Shown here: in pieces, positions 19,268 through 28,392 of the stretch
Layout of the letters: the number at the start of each line of letters is the position of its first letter
How positions within the stretch are numbered: the first letter of the stretch is position 1
Assembly: GCA_965223325.1 (NCBI GenBank)
Contig: CBDCWI010000002.1
Span: 192,001 to 256,000, forward strand
DNA: 64,000 nt
Source: Candidatus Multivoradales bacterium
GTDB taxonomy: Bacteria; Acidobacteriota; Thermoanaerobaculia; Multivoradales; Multivoraceae
Direction: 5' to 3'
Translations under genes and position numbers: made by a program
Notes under the pieces: generated by a model
The model's input: only the letters and a program-made list of their open reading frames with translations
Database searches by the model: none
What the model was told of the DNA's origin: nothing

Positions 19268-20458
19268 GTGGCCGAGAAACGCGACGCAATCCAACTCGAA
19301 CGCCTCACCCTGCGCGAGATTCGCATGCCGCTCGTCGAGCCGTTTCGTATCTCCTCGGGCGAAACCAGCGAGCGCCGGATCTTGTTGCTCGAGCTGGTCG
19401 ACGCCTCGGGCTCCCGCTGCTGGTCGGAGTGTGTCGCCGGCGATCTCCCGAACTACTCGCCCGAGACCATCGATACATGCTGGTTCGCCATCGAGCAGTG
19501 GCTCGCCCCACGCCTCCTGGGGCGGGTCTTCGACGGTGCCAGCCGTAAGGCTCGGGAACCAGGCCAGCCCGAAGAGCCCTTCGACCCCATCTTGCTCGAG
19601 GTCGAAGAAGCCCTATGCCGCCACTTCCGAGGGCATCACATGGCGCGGGCGGCTCTCGAAATGGGGGCCTGGGGTCTCCTGGCCACCAAGCGGGGTGTAC
19701 CCCTGGCGGCGCTTCTCGAGGGCCAACGCGAGACGATTGCAACCGGCATCTCAATCGGGATTCAAAGGTCGCCCGACGAGCTGATCGCGAAAGTGGAGAA
19801 GGCCCTCGAGGAGGGCTACTGCAAGATCAAGATCAAGATCCAACCGGGCTCAGACCTCGACTTCCTTCGCCCGGTGCGCGCCGCCTTCCCGGATGCACCG
19901 CTGATGGCCGACGCGAACAACGCCTACACTCTCAACGATCTGGACACCCTGGAACAACTCGATCCGCTCGCCCTGGTGATGGTCGAGCAGCCGCTCGCCT
20001 GGGACGATGTCGTCCAGCACGCGGCCTTGCAGGTCCGCCTCGAGACGCCGGTATGTCTCGACGAGTCGATCACCGGTGTCGACCGAGCGCGCGACATGAT
20101 TCAACTGTCCGCCGGTCGCATCATCAACATCAAGCCCGGCCGCGTCGGGGGCTTCCTCGAGTCACGGCGCATACACGACCTCGCCGAGCGACATGACGTC
20201 CCGGTGTGGTGCGGTGGAATGCTCGAAAGCGGCATCGGCCGCGCTTACAACGTCGCTCTCGCCTCGCTGTCGAACTTCCGTCTACCCGGCGATGTCTCAC
20301 CCAGCGCCCGCTACTGGAAGCAAGACATCGTAACTCCCCAATGGACGATGGACCGCGGCCACGTCACCGTTCCGACCGGTCCCGGCCTCGGAGTCGAGGT
20401 TGACGTTGAGCGCATCGAGGCGCTTTCTGTGCGCTCTGTCGCGTTGCGTTCTGCCTGA
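19268..20458 (+). CDS. menC: o-succinylbenzoate synthase / N-succinylamino acid racemase (enolase superfamily)
   Basis: KIK motif, metal ligands DAN/EQP/DES, INIKPGRVGG, WCGGMLES and PGD; the NSAR/OSBS subfamily pattern. Confidence 0.85.
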   Translation: MAEKRDAIQLERLTLREIRMPLVEPFRISSGETSERRILLLELVDASGSRCWSECVAGDLPNYSPETIDTCWFAIEQWLAPRLLGRVFDGASRKAREPGQPEEPFDPILLEVEEALCRHFRGHHMARAALEMGAWGLLATKRGVPLAALLEGQRETIATGISIGIQRSPDELIAKVEKALEEGYCKIKIKIQPGSDLDFLRPVRAAFPDAPLMADANNAYTLNDLDTLEQLDPLALVMVEQPLAWDDVVQHAALQVRLETPVCLDESITGVDRARDMIQLSAGRIINIKPGRVGGFLESRRIHDLAERHDVPVWCGGMLESGIGRAYNVALASLSNFRLPGDVSPSARYWKQDIVTPQWTMDRGHVTVPTGPGLGVEVDVERIEALSVRSVALRSA

Positions 20459-20631
20459 TTGGGTGGTCGGTCTGTGGGAAGTGGTCAGGTTGTGATGCTG
20501 CGAGTTGTTGTGAGTTCGTGAGGTGGCAAGGCGCACGCCCCCCGTTCTCGCCCGGCGAATTGCCACAACCCTTCCACCAACACCGGGACGTTCGGCGCGC
20601 GTTCGAAAAACTCCAACGCCCCGTTTCGCAA

Positions 20632-20892
20632 CTATCCATCGTCGTCCGTTTCGCTTTCGGGATCGCCTTCAGGATCGGCGGAAGGGTCAGGTCCCGGAGG
20701 CATGGCGCCGGTGTCCCCGTCTTCGAAGTCTTCTTTGAGTAGGGGTTCGGGGGTGTCCGTGGCGGAGTCCTCGGTGGCTGCGGTCGGGGCTGGGGGCTCG
20801 GTCTTGGTTTCGTCCGCACGGCAGGCGCCGAGGGCGAAGAGGGCGGCGGTGGCGAGGAGGACGGGGAGTGCGTGGGAGGAGCTGGGTCTCAT
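20632..20892 (-). CDS. Small acidic lipoprotein
   Basis: Signal peptide with lipobox LGA-C followed by a Pro/Asp/Glu-rich tail; same strand as, and downstream of, the enoyl-CoA hydratase. Confidence 0.65.
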   Translation of the reverse strand: MRPSSSHALPVLLATAALFALGACRADETKTEPPAPTAATEDSATDTPEPLLKEDFEDGDTGAMPPGPDPSADPEGDPESETDDDG

Positions 20893-20985
20893 GAAGGGGT
20901 CCTCTGAAGGGGCCGGGTGGCCCTGGGTTCAGGTTCTTGCGTTCGATCAGGCGAAGCGAGATGAAGTGAGCGGTGCGCCGAACCT

Positions 20986-21786
20986 TCAGCAGCCCTTCCA
21001 CTGCGGCTTGCGCTTCTCGGCGAAGGCTTTCGGGCCTTCGATGTAGTCGGCACTTCCGGCCATGGCGACCTGGCCGGGGAAACGCGATTCCATGGCGTCG
21101 GCGAGGGGTAGATGGAGGCCGGCGAGGGCCGCCTCCTTCGAGGCGCGCACCGACAGCGGAGCGCATTCGAGGATCTGTGACGCCCAGCGACGGGCGGCCG
21201 GCATGAGGTCATCGGGGGCGACGATCTCGTTCACCAGACCGAGGCGCTGCGCCTCTTCGGGTGCGACATGGCGCCCGGTGAGCAACATGCCCATCGCTTG
21301 ATGAAACGGAATCTGGCGCGGAAGGCGGTGCACGCCACCCGCAGCGGCGAGCAGCCCGACTGTTGGTTCGGGCAGTCCGAAGGTGGCGTTCTCGGAGGCG
21401 ATGATGATGTCGCAGGCCAGTACGATCTCGAAGCCACCGCCCAGCGCGAAGCCATTGACCGCTGCGATCACTGGCTTCGAGAGGTCATGGCGGCTCGTGA
21501 TGCCGGCGAAGCCGCCGGTGACGCCCGCCATGCCCGAGCGCACTGCGGCGCTTCCGTGCTCGGCCTGGAACTTGAGATCGTTGCCGGCAGAGAATGCCCG
21601 GTCGCCGGCACCGGTGACGATTGCCACCCATTGCTCGGGGTCGTCCTGGAAGGCCTGGAAGACGCGATCGAGCTCCTGGTGCGCCGGCGGGTGGAGGGCG
21701 TTCATGCGCTCGGGACGGTTCAAGGTCACGATCAGGAGGTGGCCATCTCGTTCGACCTCGATGAACTCGTAGGAATCGGTTGTCAT
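20986..21786 (-). CDS. Enoyl-CoA hydratase/isomerase (CaiD-like crotonase family)
   Basis: LNRPERMNAL, AFSAGNDL, AAVNGFALGGGFE, FGLPE and EGPKAFAEKRKP; GGAGG upstream of the ATG at 21786. Confidence 0.93.
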   Translation of the reverse strand: MTTDSYEFIEVERDGHLLIVTLNRPERMNALHPPAHQELDRVFQAFQDDPEQWVAIVTGAGDRAFSAGNDLKFQAEHGSAAVRSGMAGVTGGFAGITSRHDLSKPVIAAVNGFALGGGFEIVLACDIIIASENATFGLPEPTVGLLAAAGGVHRLPRQIPFHQAMGMLLTGRHVAPEEAQRLGLVNEIVAPDDLMPAARRWASQILECAPLSVRASKEAALAGLHLPLADAMESRFPGQVAMAGSADYIEGPKAFAEKRKPQWKGC

Positions 21787-22002
21787 GCTCGCAAGGTCCT
21801 CCACTGTCTTCCGAATTGGCGCTCACCGGGGGTCTTGGCTGGTGTGACCCGCCAAGATGAACACCAAGGTGAGCCGGCCGGATCGGATGCTTGCCCGAGC
21901 GGCCTTAGGTCTTGTACGTCGTGTACGGGGGCCAGTCTAGCGAGTCGCCGCTGAGGGCAAGACGCTCCAAGGAAGACGCGCCTCAGCCGCCACCCCTGCT
22001 AT

Positions 22003-22989
22003 TCAGTCGAGGGTGGCGACGCCTTCGATTTCGATCAGGAGTTCGGGTCGGCACAGGTCCCAATGCAGCAGTTCGACGGTCTCGGCGGCGCTGAAGGTGC
22101 GCTGTGCGATCTCCTCGATTCGCTCACGATGTTCGGCCACCGGATAGTAGATACGGACACTGCGGAAGCGGCTGAGCTCACAGCACTCCTGGGCGCTTCT
22201 CGCGTCGTCGGCGCCGGCGAGAGCGCTGTGGAGAAGCGCGTTCAGGTTGGCCGCCGTCTCGTTGGCCTGCGCCTCGAGGTCCTCGTCGTGTTGGCTGTCT
22301 TCGCCCAGAATGCTGGCCGTCCCGCCGACCAGGAGCGCGGACTCATGAGCGCCCGCCAGAACGACCCGGGTGGCGCGCGCAAACGCTGGCGGCCGCGGGC
22401 CGTAGCGAAACGAGTAGCGGTAGCTCGGGATCTGACGCGGGTTCTCGACCGGCACTCCGGGTTGGCTGGTGGTCAGAGCGTGCAAGACCAGGTCGTCACC
22501 CTTGTGGCCGGTTCCAGTGGCGGTCGCCAGGGTGACGGGAAAGCTGTCGTGTGAGCGATACCAGGCGGCAAGCGCATCGTAGCGTCCGGCGTTGAAAACC
22601 ATGTAGCGATGCGGCAGCTCCCCTAGAGGCTCGAGGATCTCGGGGATGAAATTCCAGATGCGCACGATGTGACGCTCCCGCTGCGGCTCGGTCGGGTGCT
22701 TGAGCGGCCGCCCCTCGCTGGCGGTCAGAAGCGCCTGATAGGCGCGCCTCGTCTCTTTCTGAAGCGCTTCGGCGTCGAGCAGTCGCGCGCCTGGAACAGC
22801 GACCGAGGCGAGCTCCAGTCCTCCACACCGCAAGACACGCTGATCGAGGCCATCCTGACGGCTGGACCAGACCTGTGCGGCGCCCGCCATGACGGCCTCG
22901 ACCCAGGGCGGAGGGGCAGGGCCGATCTCGACGCGCGGCAGGTCGAGGGGGTGGAGGGTTGGGGAGTCCCTGGACAGGAGGTCAACCAT
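22003..22989 (-). CDS. FkbO/Hyg5/XanB2-family chorismatase
   Basis: RIWNFIP, RYMVFNAGR, ENPRQ.PSY.Y, FARAT, GGTASI and DLCRPELLIEIEG motifs. Confidence 0.9.
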   Translation of the reverse strand: MVDLLSRDSPTLHPLDLPRVEIGPAPPPWVEAVMAGAAQVWSSRQDGLDQRVLRCGGLELASVAVPGARLLDAEALQKETRRAYQALLTASEGRPLKHPTEPQRERHIVRIWNFIPEILEPLGELPHRYMVFNAGRYDALAAWYRSHDSFPVTLATATGTGHKGDDLVLHALTTSQPGVPVENPRQIPSYRYSFRYGPRPPAFARATRVVLAGAHESALLVGGTASILGEDSQHDEDLEAQANETAANLNALLHSALAGADDARSAQECCELSRFRSVRIYYPVAEHRERIEEIAQRTFSAAETVELLHWDLCRPELLIEIEGVATLD

Positions 22990-23023
22990 GGTGGTGAAGG
23001 CTAGAGGATTCTGGGATTTCGAG

Positions 23024-23887
23024 TCAAATCGAGTTTTGCGGATAGGCCGCCGGAAGCGCTCGCGACAGGGTGGTCGTCACCAGTCCCCGGTCTCTGATTT
23101 CGACCAGAAGGTCCTCGAGGATCTCCGGCGCCACCGGTTTGCGTCCCCTCTCGAGCCGCCAGCGACCGTCGTGGAGGAGCACGATATCGCGAGTCGTGAG
23201 CCGAGTGAGGACCCTTCTCAAGACCGACTCGGGAGACCTCGAGCCCGAGTCGAAACCGCGGCAGCTCCACGACACCAGGTCGAGCCCGCGGCGTGCCAGA
23301 GCCGGCTCGAGCCACGGCGGGCGGACCCCGGCGGGGGCGCGGAAGAACCTCGGAGTGGTTCCAGTGAGCTCGGTGATCAAGTCCTGGGTTCGGTCGATCT
23401 CGCGCGCCACTAGAGACGGAGGGTAGAGCGGAAACAAGTACGAATGACGCCAGGTGTGGTTCCCGATGGTGTGTCCGGCGCGCGCAATCCCCCGCACCAG
23501 CTCCGGATAGCGCTCCGCCTGACGCCCAATGAGAAAGAAGGTCGCGTGCACGTCGTGAGCGGCCAGCAACTCGAGGATGCGAGGCGTCGCTTCGGGATCG
23601 GGGCCGTCGTCGAAGGTCAGAGCGATCATCCCCGGTTCGTTCTCGCGATCCGGCAGGCGATCGATGTTGGGGCCGAGGGCCACGCTTCTCGCAGTCAGAC
23701 CGGCGATCATCAAAGCGACGTGGTCGAGCCATACCAGAAACAGAACGGAGACCCAGCGCGCCGGCTGCAGGAGAATGGCGAGCACAGCCGCTGCGTGGAC
23801 GCCCCACGAAAGAACGATCGCCGGGGTCGGGCGCCAGGGCCTGGGCTTCAGCCGGTCCGTGCTCATCTCACCGGTGCCGTCGTTCAC
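23024..23887 (-). CDS. Membrane-anchored polysaccharide deacetylase (NodB/CE4)
   Basis: Two N-terminal hydrophobic helices, LTFDDGP, GNHTWRH, FRAPAG and LLHDG; GTGA overlap with the ligase. Confidence 0.9.
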   Translation of the reverse strand: MNDGTGEMSTDRLKPRPWRPTPAIVLSWGVHAAAVLAILLQPARWVSVLFLVWLDHVALMIAGLTARSVALGPNIDRLPDRENEPGMIALTFDDGPDPEATPRILELLAAHDVHATFFLIGRQAERYPELVRGIARAGHTIGNHTWRHSYLFPLYPPSLVAREIDRTQDLITELTGTTPRFFRAPAGVRPPWLEPALARRGLDLVSWSCRGFDSGSRSPESVLRRVLTRLTTRDIVLLHDGRWRLERGRKPVAPEILEDLLVEIRDRGLVTTTLSRALPAAYPQNSI

Positions 23888-25350
23888 CGAACGCGCTCCA
23901 TCGGACCGGCGAGCGCTCGTCGGTCGACCTTGCCGCGTTCGGTCCGTGGGAGCTCGTCGACAAGCACGATCGATCGCGGCACTTCGTGGTCGCCGAGGTG
24001 GGCACGGCAGTGTTGGCGGATGGTGGCTTCGGAGAGGTCACTACCCACGACGACGGCCCTAACGCGAGTCGATCCAGTTTCGGCGCCCTCGATACCCAGC
24101 ACCACCACTTCGTCGACCTCCGGCAGCTCCTCGATGACCCTTTCGACGGTGCGCGGCTGGACCTTGCGACCTTTGACGTTGATGAGCCCGTCGAGGCGCC
24201 CGAGCAGCCTGAGAACGCCGTCCTCGAGCGTGCCGTGGTCCTGGGTTCTAAACACTGAATCGGCCAGGGTTGGGCCAGCCTGCGCTTCGTGATCGGTTGG
24301 TGGTGGCAGGTAGCCCGCTGCGACCGCTGGCGAACGCACGATCACCGCGCCAGTTCCCGGAGCGAGCTCGCCGTCCCGGTTGCTTCGGCTCGACCCGTCG
24401 ATCTCGATCGTCACGCCGTCGACTGGTTCGCCCAGCGTTCCGTCTTCCGCCGCTGTGCCTTGGCGGTCGAAGCAGATGCCGCCACATTCGCTGGCACCGT
24501 AGAAAGTGTGGACCGGCAAGCCGAAGCGTTGCCGCCATGCCCGGGCGGCTGCCGCGCTGAGGGGTGCACCGGCGCTGATCACGAGGCGTAGCGAGTCCGG
24601 GACTGCGGGCGGACGTCGCGCGACGGCCAACCCCCGAATGTAGGCCGGCACGGTGGGCAGAAACGACACCCCGAACTGGCGGGCCGCTTTCATCGCTGCG
24701 AAGGGGTCGTGTTCCCCAGGCACCGCGATCCTCGCTCCGCGTACCAGGGCCGGCAGGGCGACGCTCGAAAGGCCGTACGAGTGGGTCAGCGGAACCGCGC
24801 CGAGAATGCAGTCGGCGCCCGAGATGCCCATCGTGCGCGATAGTTGCGCTTCGTCGTGGGCGAGAGCATCGAAGGGCGTGATGACCCCGCGCGGTAGACC
24901 GCTGCTACCCGAGGTCAGCTTGACGACTGCGGTGTTGGCTGGCGCCTCGCGAGATCCGACGCCGCTTACGGCCTGGGCGCGGAACCACCCATGGCGGTCG
25001 CCGTGCGGCCACGGTTCGACGACCTCGAGTTGCCCGAGAAGCCCTAACCGTCGCGTGACCTCGGCGCGTGCCTCGGGAGCGGTCTGGCGGTCGATCAGAA
25101 CCGGAACCACACCGGCCCGCCAGAGCCCGACCAGAGCGGCTAGAAAGCCAGGGCCGTTCGCCGACGACAGACCGACCAGCCCGGCGCGCATCTCGGTCGC
25201 GCTTCGGGCGACGTCGTTGGCAAGGCGGTCGATGTCATGGGCGGTGGCACGTCGCTCGCTATCGCCAGCCGCCGAGACCATCAGTACACGGGCCGGTTCG
25301 GCGCGTGCGAGGTTCTCGAACGCCTGGTTGATCGGATCTTGAAGCGTCAT
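23884..25350 (-). CDS. AMP-dependent acyl/aryl ligase (XanA2/ApeH-like starter loader)
   Basis: LTSGSSGLPRG, HSYGL, SAGAPL, FYGASE, TQDHG, GRLD and LPRTERGK motifs. Confidence 0.9.
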   Translation of the reverse strand: MTLQDPINQAFENLARAEPARVLMVSAAGDSERRATAHDIDRLANDVARSATEMRAGLVGLSSANGPGFLAALVGLWRAGVVPVLIDRQTAPEARAEVTRRLGLLGQLEVVEPWPHGDRHGWFRAQAVSGVGSREAPANTAVVKLTSGSSGLPRGVITPFDALAHDEAQLSRTMGISGADCILGAVPLTHSYGLSSVALPALVRGARIAVPGEHDPFAAMKAARQFGVSFLPTVPAYIRGLAVARRPPAVPDSLRLVISAGAPLSAAAARAWRQRFGLPVHTFYGASECGGICFDRQGTAAEDGTLGEPVDGVTIEIDGSSRSNRDGELAPGTGAVIVRSPAVAAGYLPPPTDHEAQAGPTLADSVFRTQDHGTLEDGVLRLLGRLDGLINVKGRKVQPRTVERVIEELPEVDEVVVLGIEGAETGSTRVRAVVVGSDLSEATIRQHCRAHLGDHEVPRSIVLVDELPRTERGKVDRRALAGPMERVR

Positions 25351-25388
25351 CGGGAGCGGCGCGCGGAAGGCGGCGAGGGGTAGGCCTG

Positions 25389-25420
25389 AATGCCTCGCAG
25401 CGAAGGCATTTGAGTATACT
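25389..25420. promoter_or_regulatory. Candidate operator and bidirectional -10 element in the divergent BGC spacer
   Basis: Inverted repeat AATGCCT-N8-AGGCATT (25389-25410) next to the palindrome AGTATACT (25413-25420), which reads TATACT on both strands. Confidence 0.4.
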
Positions 25421-25603
25421 GCTCGGCGTCGCGGCGGGGACTCGGAAAAGGAGTTCTAGTTCGCCCGGGACCAGTGGCTCCCAGGCTGGCCGAACGCTCG
25501 ACGCTCCTTCCTACCCAGCTCTCAATCCCCACCGTCTTCGGAAACATCTCACTGCTTTCAGGTCCTTCGGATGCTGAATCCCCTCTCTTTGGAGTGCGCT
25601 GTC

Positions 25604-25879
25604 ATGGCCGACCCACAGGTACGCCTGAAGATCAAGAACGTCATCATCGAAAGCCTCGGACTCGAAGGCATGACGGCCGACGAGATCGACGACGACGCAC
25701 CGCTCTTCGGCGACGAAGGTCTGGGGCTCGACTCGGTCGACGCGCTCGAGTTGATGGTCGTCTTCGAGAAGGACTTTAGCGTCTCGATCGACGCGGAAGA
25801 CATCGACCCCGAGGCTTTCGCAACGGTCGCGTCGCTCGAGACCTTCCTCGCCACTCAGGGCCAGCGCGCGGTTTCCTGA
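25604..25879 (+). CDS. Acyl carrier protein
   Basis: APLFGDEGLGLDSVDALEL phosphopantetheine site, typical of aryl-polyene-type ACPs; GGAG RBS upstream. Confidence 0.93.
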   Translation: MADPQVRLKIKNVIIESLGLEGMTADEIDDDAPLFGDEGLGLDSVDALELMVVFEKDFSVSIDAEDIDPEAFATVASLETFLATQGQRAVS

Positions 25880-25906
25880 GCTCTTTTCGGCAAGCGCGGA
25901 AGGGGC

Positions 25907-27169
25907 ATGTCCTCGATGTCGGCAACGGAACGGTCACCGGTCGTCGTCACTGGCCTCGGCGCGGTCAGCGCCTGGGGCTGGGGAACCGATGCGCTTTGGG
26001 CCGGTCTGGCGAGTGGCACAAGTCGTGCCGACCGACCCCGATGTTTCGACACCTGCGGGCAACGAACGAAGCTCGCCTGCGAGGTTCCCGAGGCCCCGGC
26101 TGAGATCGTCGGAGCGTTTTCCGACTGGGAGCGTTCGAGCCGCGCCGACCGGTTCGCCCTCGCTGCCGCGCGCGAGGCGGCGAGGCAGGCCGACATCACC
26201 GTGCCGGTGCAGCACGGTGCCCGGATGGGGGTCTGGTTCGGCGGTTCGACGGCCGGGATGGTCGAAGGCGAGCGCTTCTTTCGCTCTGCCCTCGGTGACG
26301 GATCACGGCGACCGCGACTGGCTGATCTGGTCGCCCAACCACTCAACAGTCCAGGCGATGCGATCGCGCGTTGGCTGGGTGCGCGCGGACCGGTGATGAG
26401 CATCTCGTCGGCTTGCGCCAGCGGTACCCTGGCGCTTGGCGAGGCGCTCGATGCCCTGCGTGCCGGCGAGGTCGACACCGCCGTCGTCGGTGGCGCCGAC
26501 TCGTTGTGTCAGCTGACCTACTCCGGCTTCAACGCCCTACGTGCCGTCGATCCTGATCCCAGTCGTCCGTTCCGAGAGGAACGTGCCGGACTCAACCTCG
26601 GCGAAGGGGCGGGAGTGTTGATCCTCGAAACCCGAGCCCACGCCGCAGCACGTCAGGTGCCGGTTCTGGCCGAGCTGCTTGGCCATGGGGGCTCCTGTGA
26701 CGCCCATCACATGACCGCGCCGCACCCCGAGGGGAGAGGAGCGGCCGCGGCGATGCGGCGCGCGCTTTCTGACGCGGCGCTCGCGGCGGACGAAGTCGAT
26801 TTCATCAACGCCCATGGCACCGGTACCCCGCTCAACGACGTGGCGGAGTGGCACGCCCTCGAAGATGTCTTCGGGAAGCGCGCTCGGGCTCTTCCGGTCA
26901 CCTCGGTGAAGGGTTCGATTGGCCACCTGCTCGGGTCGGCCGGGTCGATCGAGGCGGTGGCGACCGTGTGCAGTCTCCTGACCGGTGAAATCCCACCGAC
27001 CGCTGGCACCGGCACGATCGACCCCGCGACTGCGGTCGACCTGGTCACCGATGCGCCGCGTGCCCTTCCGGCGACCGACCCTTTGCGTCGAACCGCTGCG
27101 GTGTCGACGAACTTCGCCTTTGGGGGAGCCAACGCGGCGGTCGTTTTCACTTCGGGCGCCGGGCCATGA
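25907..27169 (+). CDS. Beta-ketoacyl-ACP synthase (active KS)
   Basis: SSACASG (Cys), NAHGTGT (His), GHLLG (His) and NFAFGG motifs. Confidence 0.95.
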   Translation: MSSMSATERSPVVVTGLGAVSAWGWGTDALWAGLASGTSRADRPRCFDTCGQRTKLACEVPEAPAEIVGAFSDWERSSRADRFALAAAREAARQADITVPVQHGARMGVWFGGSTAGMVEGERFFRSALGDGSRRPRLADLVAQPLNSPGDAIARWLGARGPVMSISSACASGTLALGEALDALRAGEVDTAVVGGADSLCQLTYSGFNALRAVDPDPSRPFREERAGLNLGEGAGVLILETRAHAAARQVPVLAELLGHGGSCDAHHMTAPHPEGRGAAAAMRRALSDAALAADEVDFINAHGTGTPLNDVAEWHALEDVFGKRARALPVTSVKGSIGHLLGSAGSIEAVATVCSLLTGEIPPTAGTGTIDPATAVDLVTDAPRALPATDPLRRTAAVSTNFAFGGANAAVVFTSGAGP

Positions 27170-28392
27170 ACCCGGTAGTGGTCTCGGGACTCGGTGTCGT
27201 CACTTGCTTCGGCGCCGGCCACGAGCCGCTCCTCGCAGCCCTCGAGTGCCAGGGGCCGCGGCTCTCGACCGTCGAAGACGACGGTGGCTACCACTTGCCG
27301 AAAGGCAGTCGGGTCGCCTGCCGGGTCGACCCGACCGATCTCAGGGACTGGTTGGCGCCCCGTGCTGCGCGCCGAATGAGCCCCCCGTCTCGCCTGGCGG
27401 TGGTCGCAGCCCGCATCGCGGCTAGAGCAGCGGGGGTCGAGCCGGCCGATGATGATGCGGTCGAGGTGGCGCTCGGAACGTCCTTCGGGCCGTCGACCAA
27501 CACCGAAAAGCTCTTGCGGCAGATTCATGACGAGGGCCCGGCGAGCGCTTCACCGATGCTGTTTACCGAGTCTGTCGCCAACGCCCCGGCAGCCCAGGTT
27601 GCCCTCTTGTTTGGCGCTCGGGGCTCGAACATCACCGTTACCCAGCGCGGCGCAGGCGCCTTGGCGGCTGTCGGAGCCGGGGTGCGAGACATCGCGCTCG
27701 GCCGGGCAAGGACCGCTTTTGTCGGTGGGGTCGACGAATTGAATCCCCTTCTGCATGCGATTCTCGATCGCTTTCACGTTCTCGCTCGGCCCAAGACAGA
27801 ACGCACGCCCGCAACGGCGCGGCCGTTCGACCGCCATCGCACCGGTGCCCACGCCGGTGAAGGCGCGTCCGTCCTGGTGCTCGAAGATGAGCAGCACGCA
27901 AGCCAGAGAGGAGTGTCGCCGCGGGTTCGGGTCCTGGGTTGTGCTGGTGCCTTCGATCCCAGCGCCGGCGCCGCCACCTGGGGGCGCGAACCTGCCCGTC
28001 TGGTTCGCGATCTCGAAGAGCGCCGGGACCGGTTCGTCGACCAGCTACGCGCCATCGACGTGTTGGTCACCAATGCAGACGGGTCACCGGCAGGTGACGG
28101 CGCGCACGCAGAGGTGATCTCTCATCTCTGGCCGGGAAGCGAGCGCCCCGTCATTCTGGCTCCGCAGGCCGTCACCGGGACCTTTTGTGGTCTGCCCCTG
28201 GCGGTCGGAGTGCTGGCTGCCGAGGGCCGGTCGTTTGGACCAACCCATGGCTTTAGAGAACCGGACGTGGAGCATCCGGTCACGCCCTGGATGGGTGCAG
28301 CGGCGGCGTGGGAGGTGCCACAGCGAGTCGCTGTGCAGTGTCTTGCCGTCGGTGGTGCTGCCCGGTGGCTGATCCTCGAGAGAACGGGTTAG
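27166..28392 (+). CDS. KS-like chain length factor (inactive partner)
   Basis: KS fold with SPMLFTESVANAP, RPFD and GEGA, but TQRGAG replaces the Cys motif and both catalytic His residues are absent; ATGA-coupled to the KS. Confidence 0.85.
   Translation: MNPVVVSGLGVVTCFGAGHEPLLAALECQGPRLSTVEDDGGYHLPKGSRVACRVDPTDLRDWLAPRAARRMSPPSRLAVVAARIAARAAGVEPADDDAVEVALGTSFGPSTNTEKLLRQIHDEGPASASPMLFTESVANAPAAQVALLFGARGSNITVTQRGAGALAAVGAGVRDIALGRARTAFVGGVDELNPLLHAILDRFHVLARPKTERTPATARPFDRHRTGAHAGEGASVLVLEDEQHASQRGVSPRVRVLGCAGAFDPSAGAATWGREPARLVRDLEERRDRFVDQLRAIDVLVTNADGSPAGDGAHAEVISHLWPGSERPVILAPQAVTGTFCGLPLAVGVLAAEGRSFGPTHGFREPDVEHPVTPWMGAAAAWEVPQRVAVQCLAVGGAARWLILERTG

Noticed and set aside
20459-20631. 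GT-rich then AC-rich spacer with a GTGGCAA/TTGCCAC inverted repeat, as an ncRNA or terminator
   Set aside because: There is only a 7-bp stem with a long loop and no U-tract, and I recognise no RNA family.
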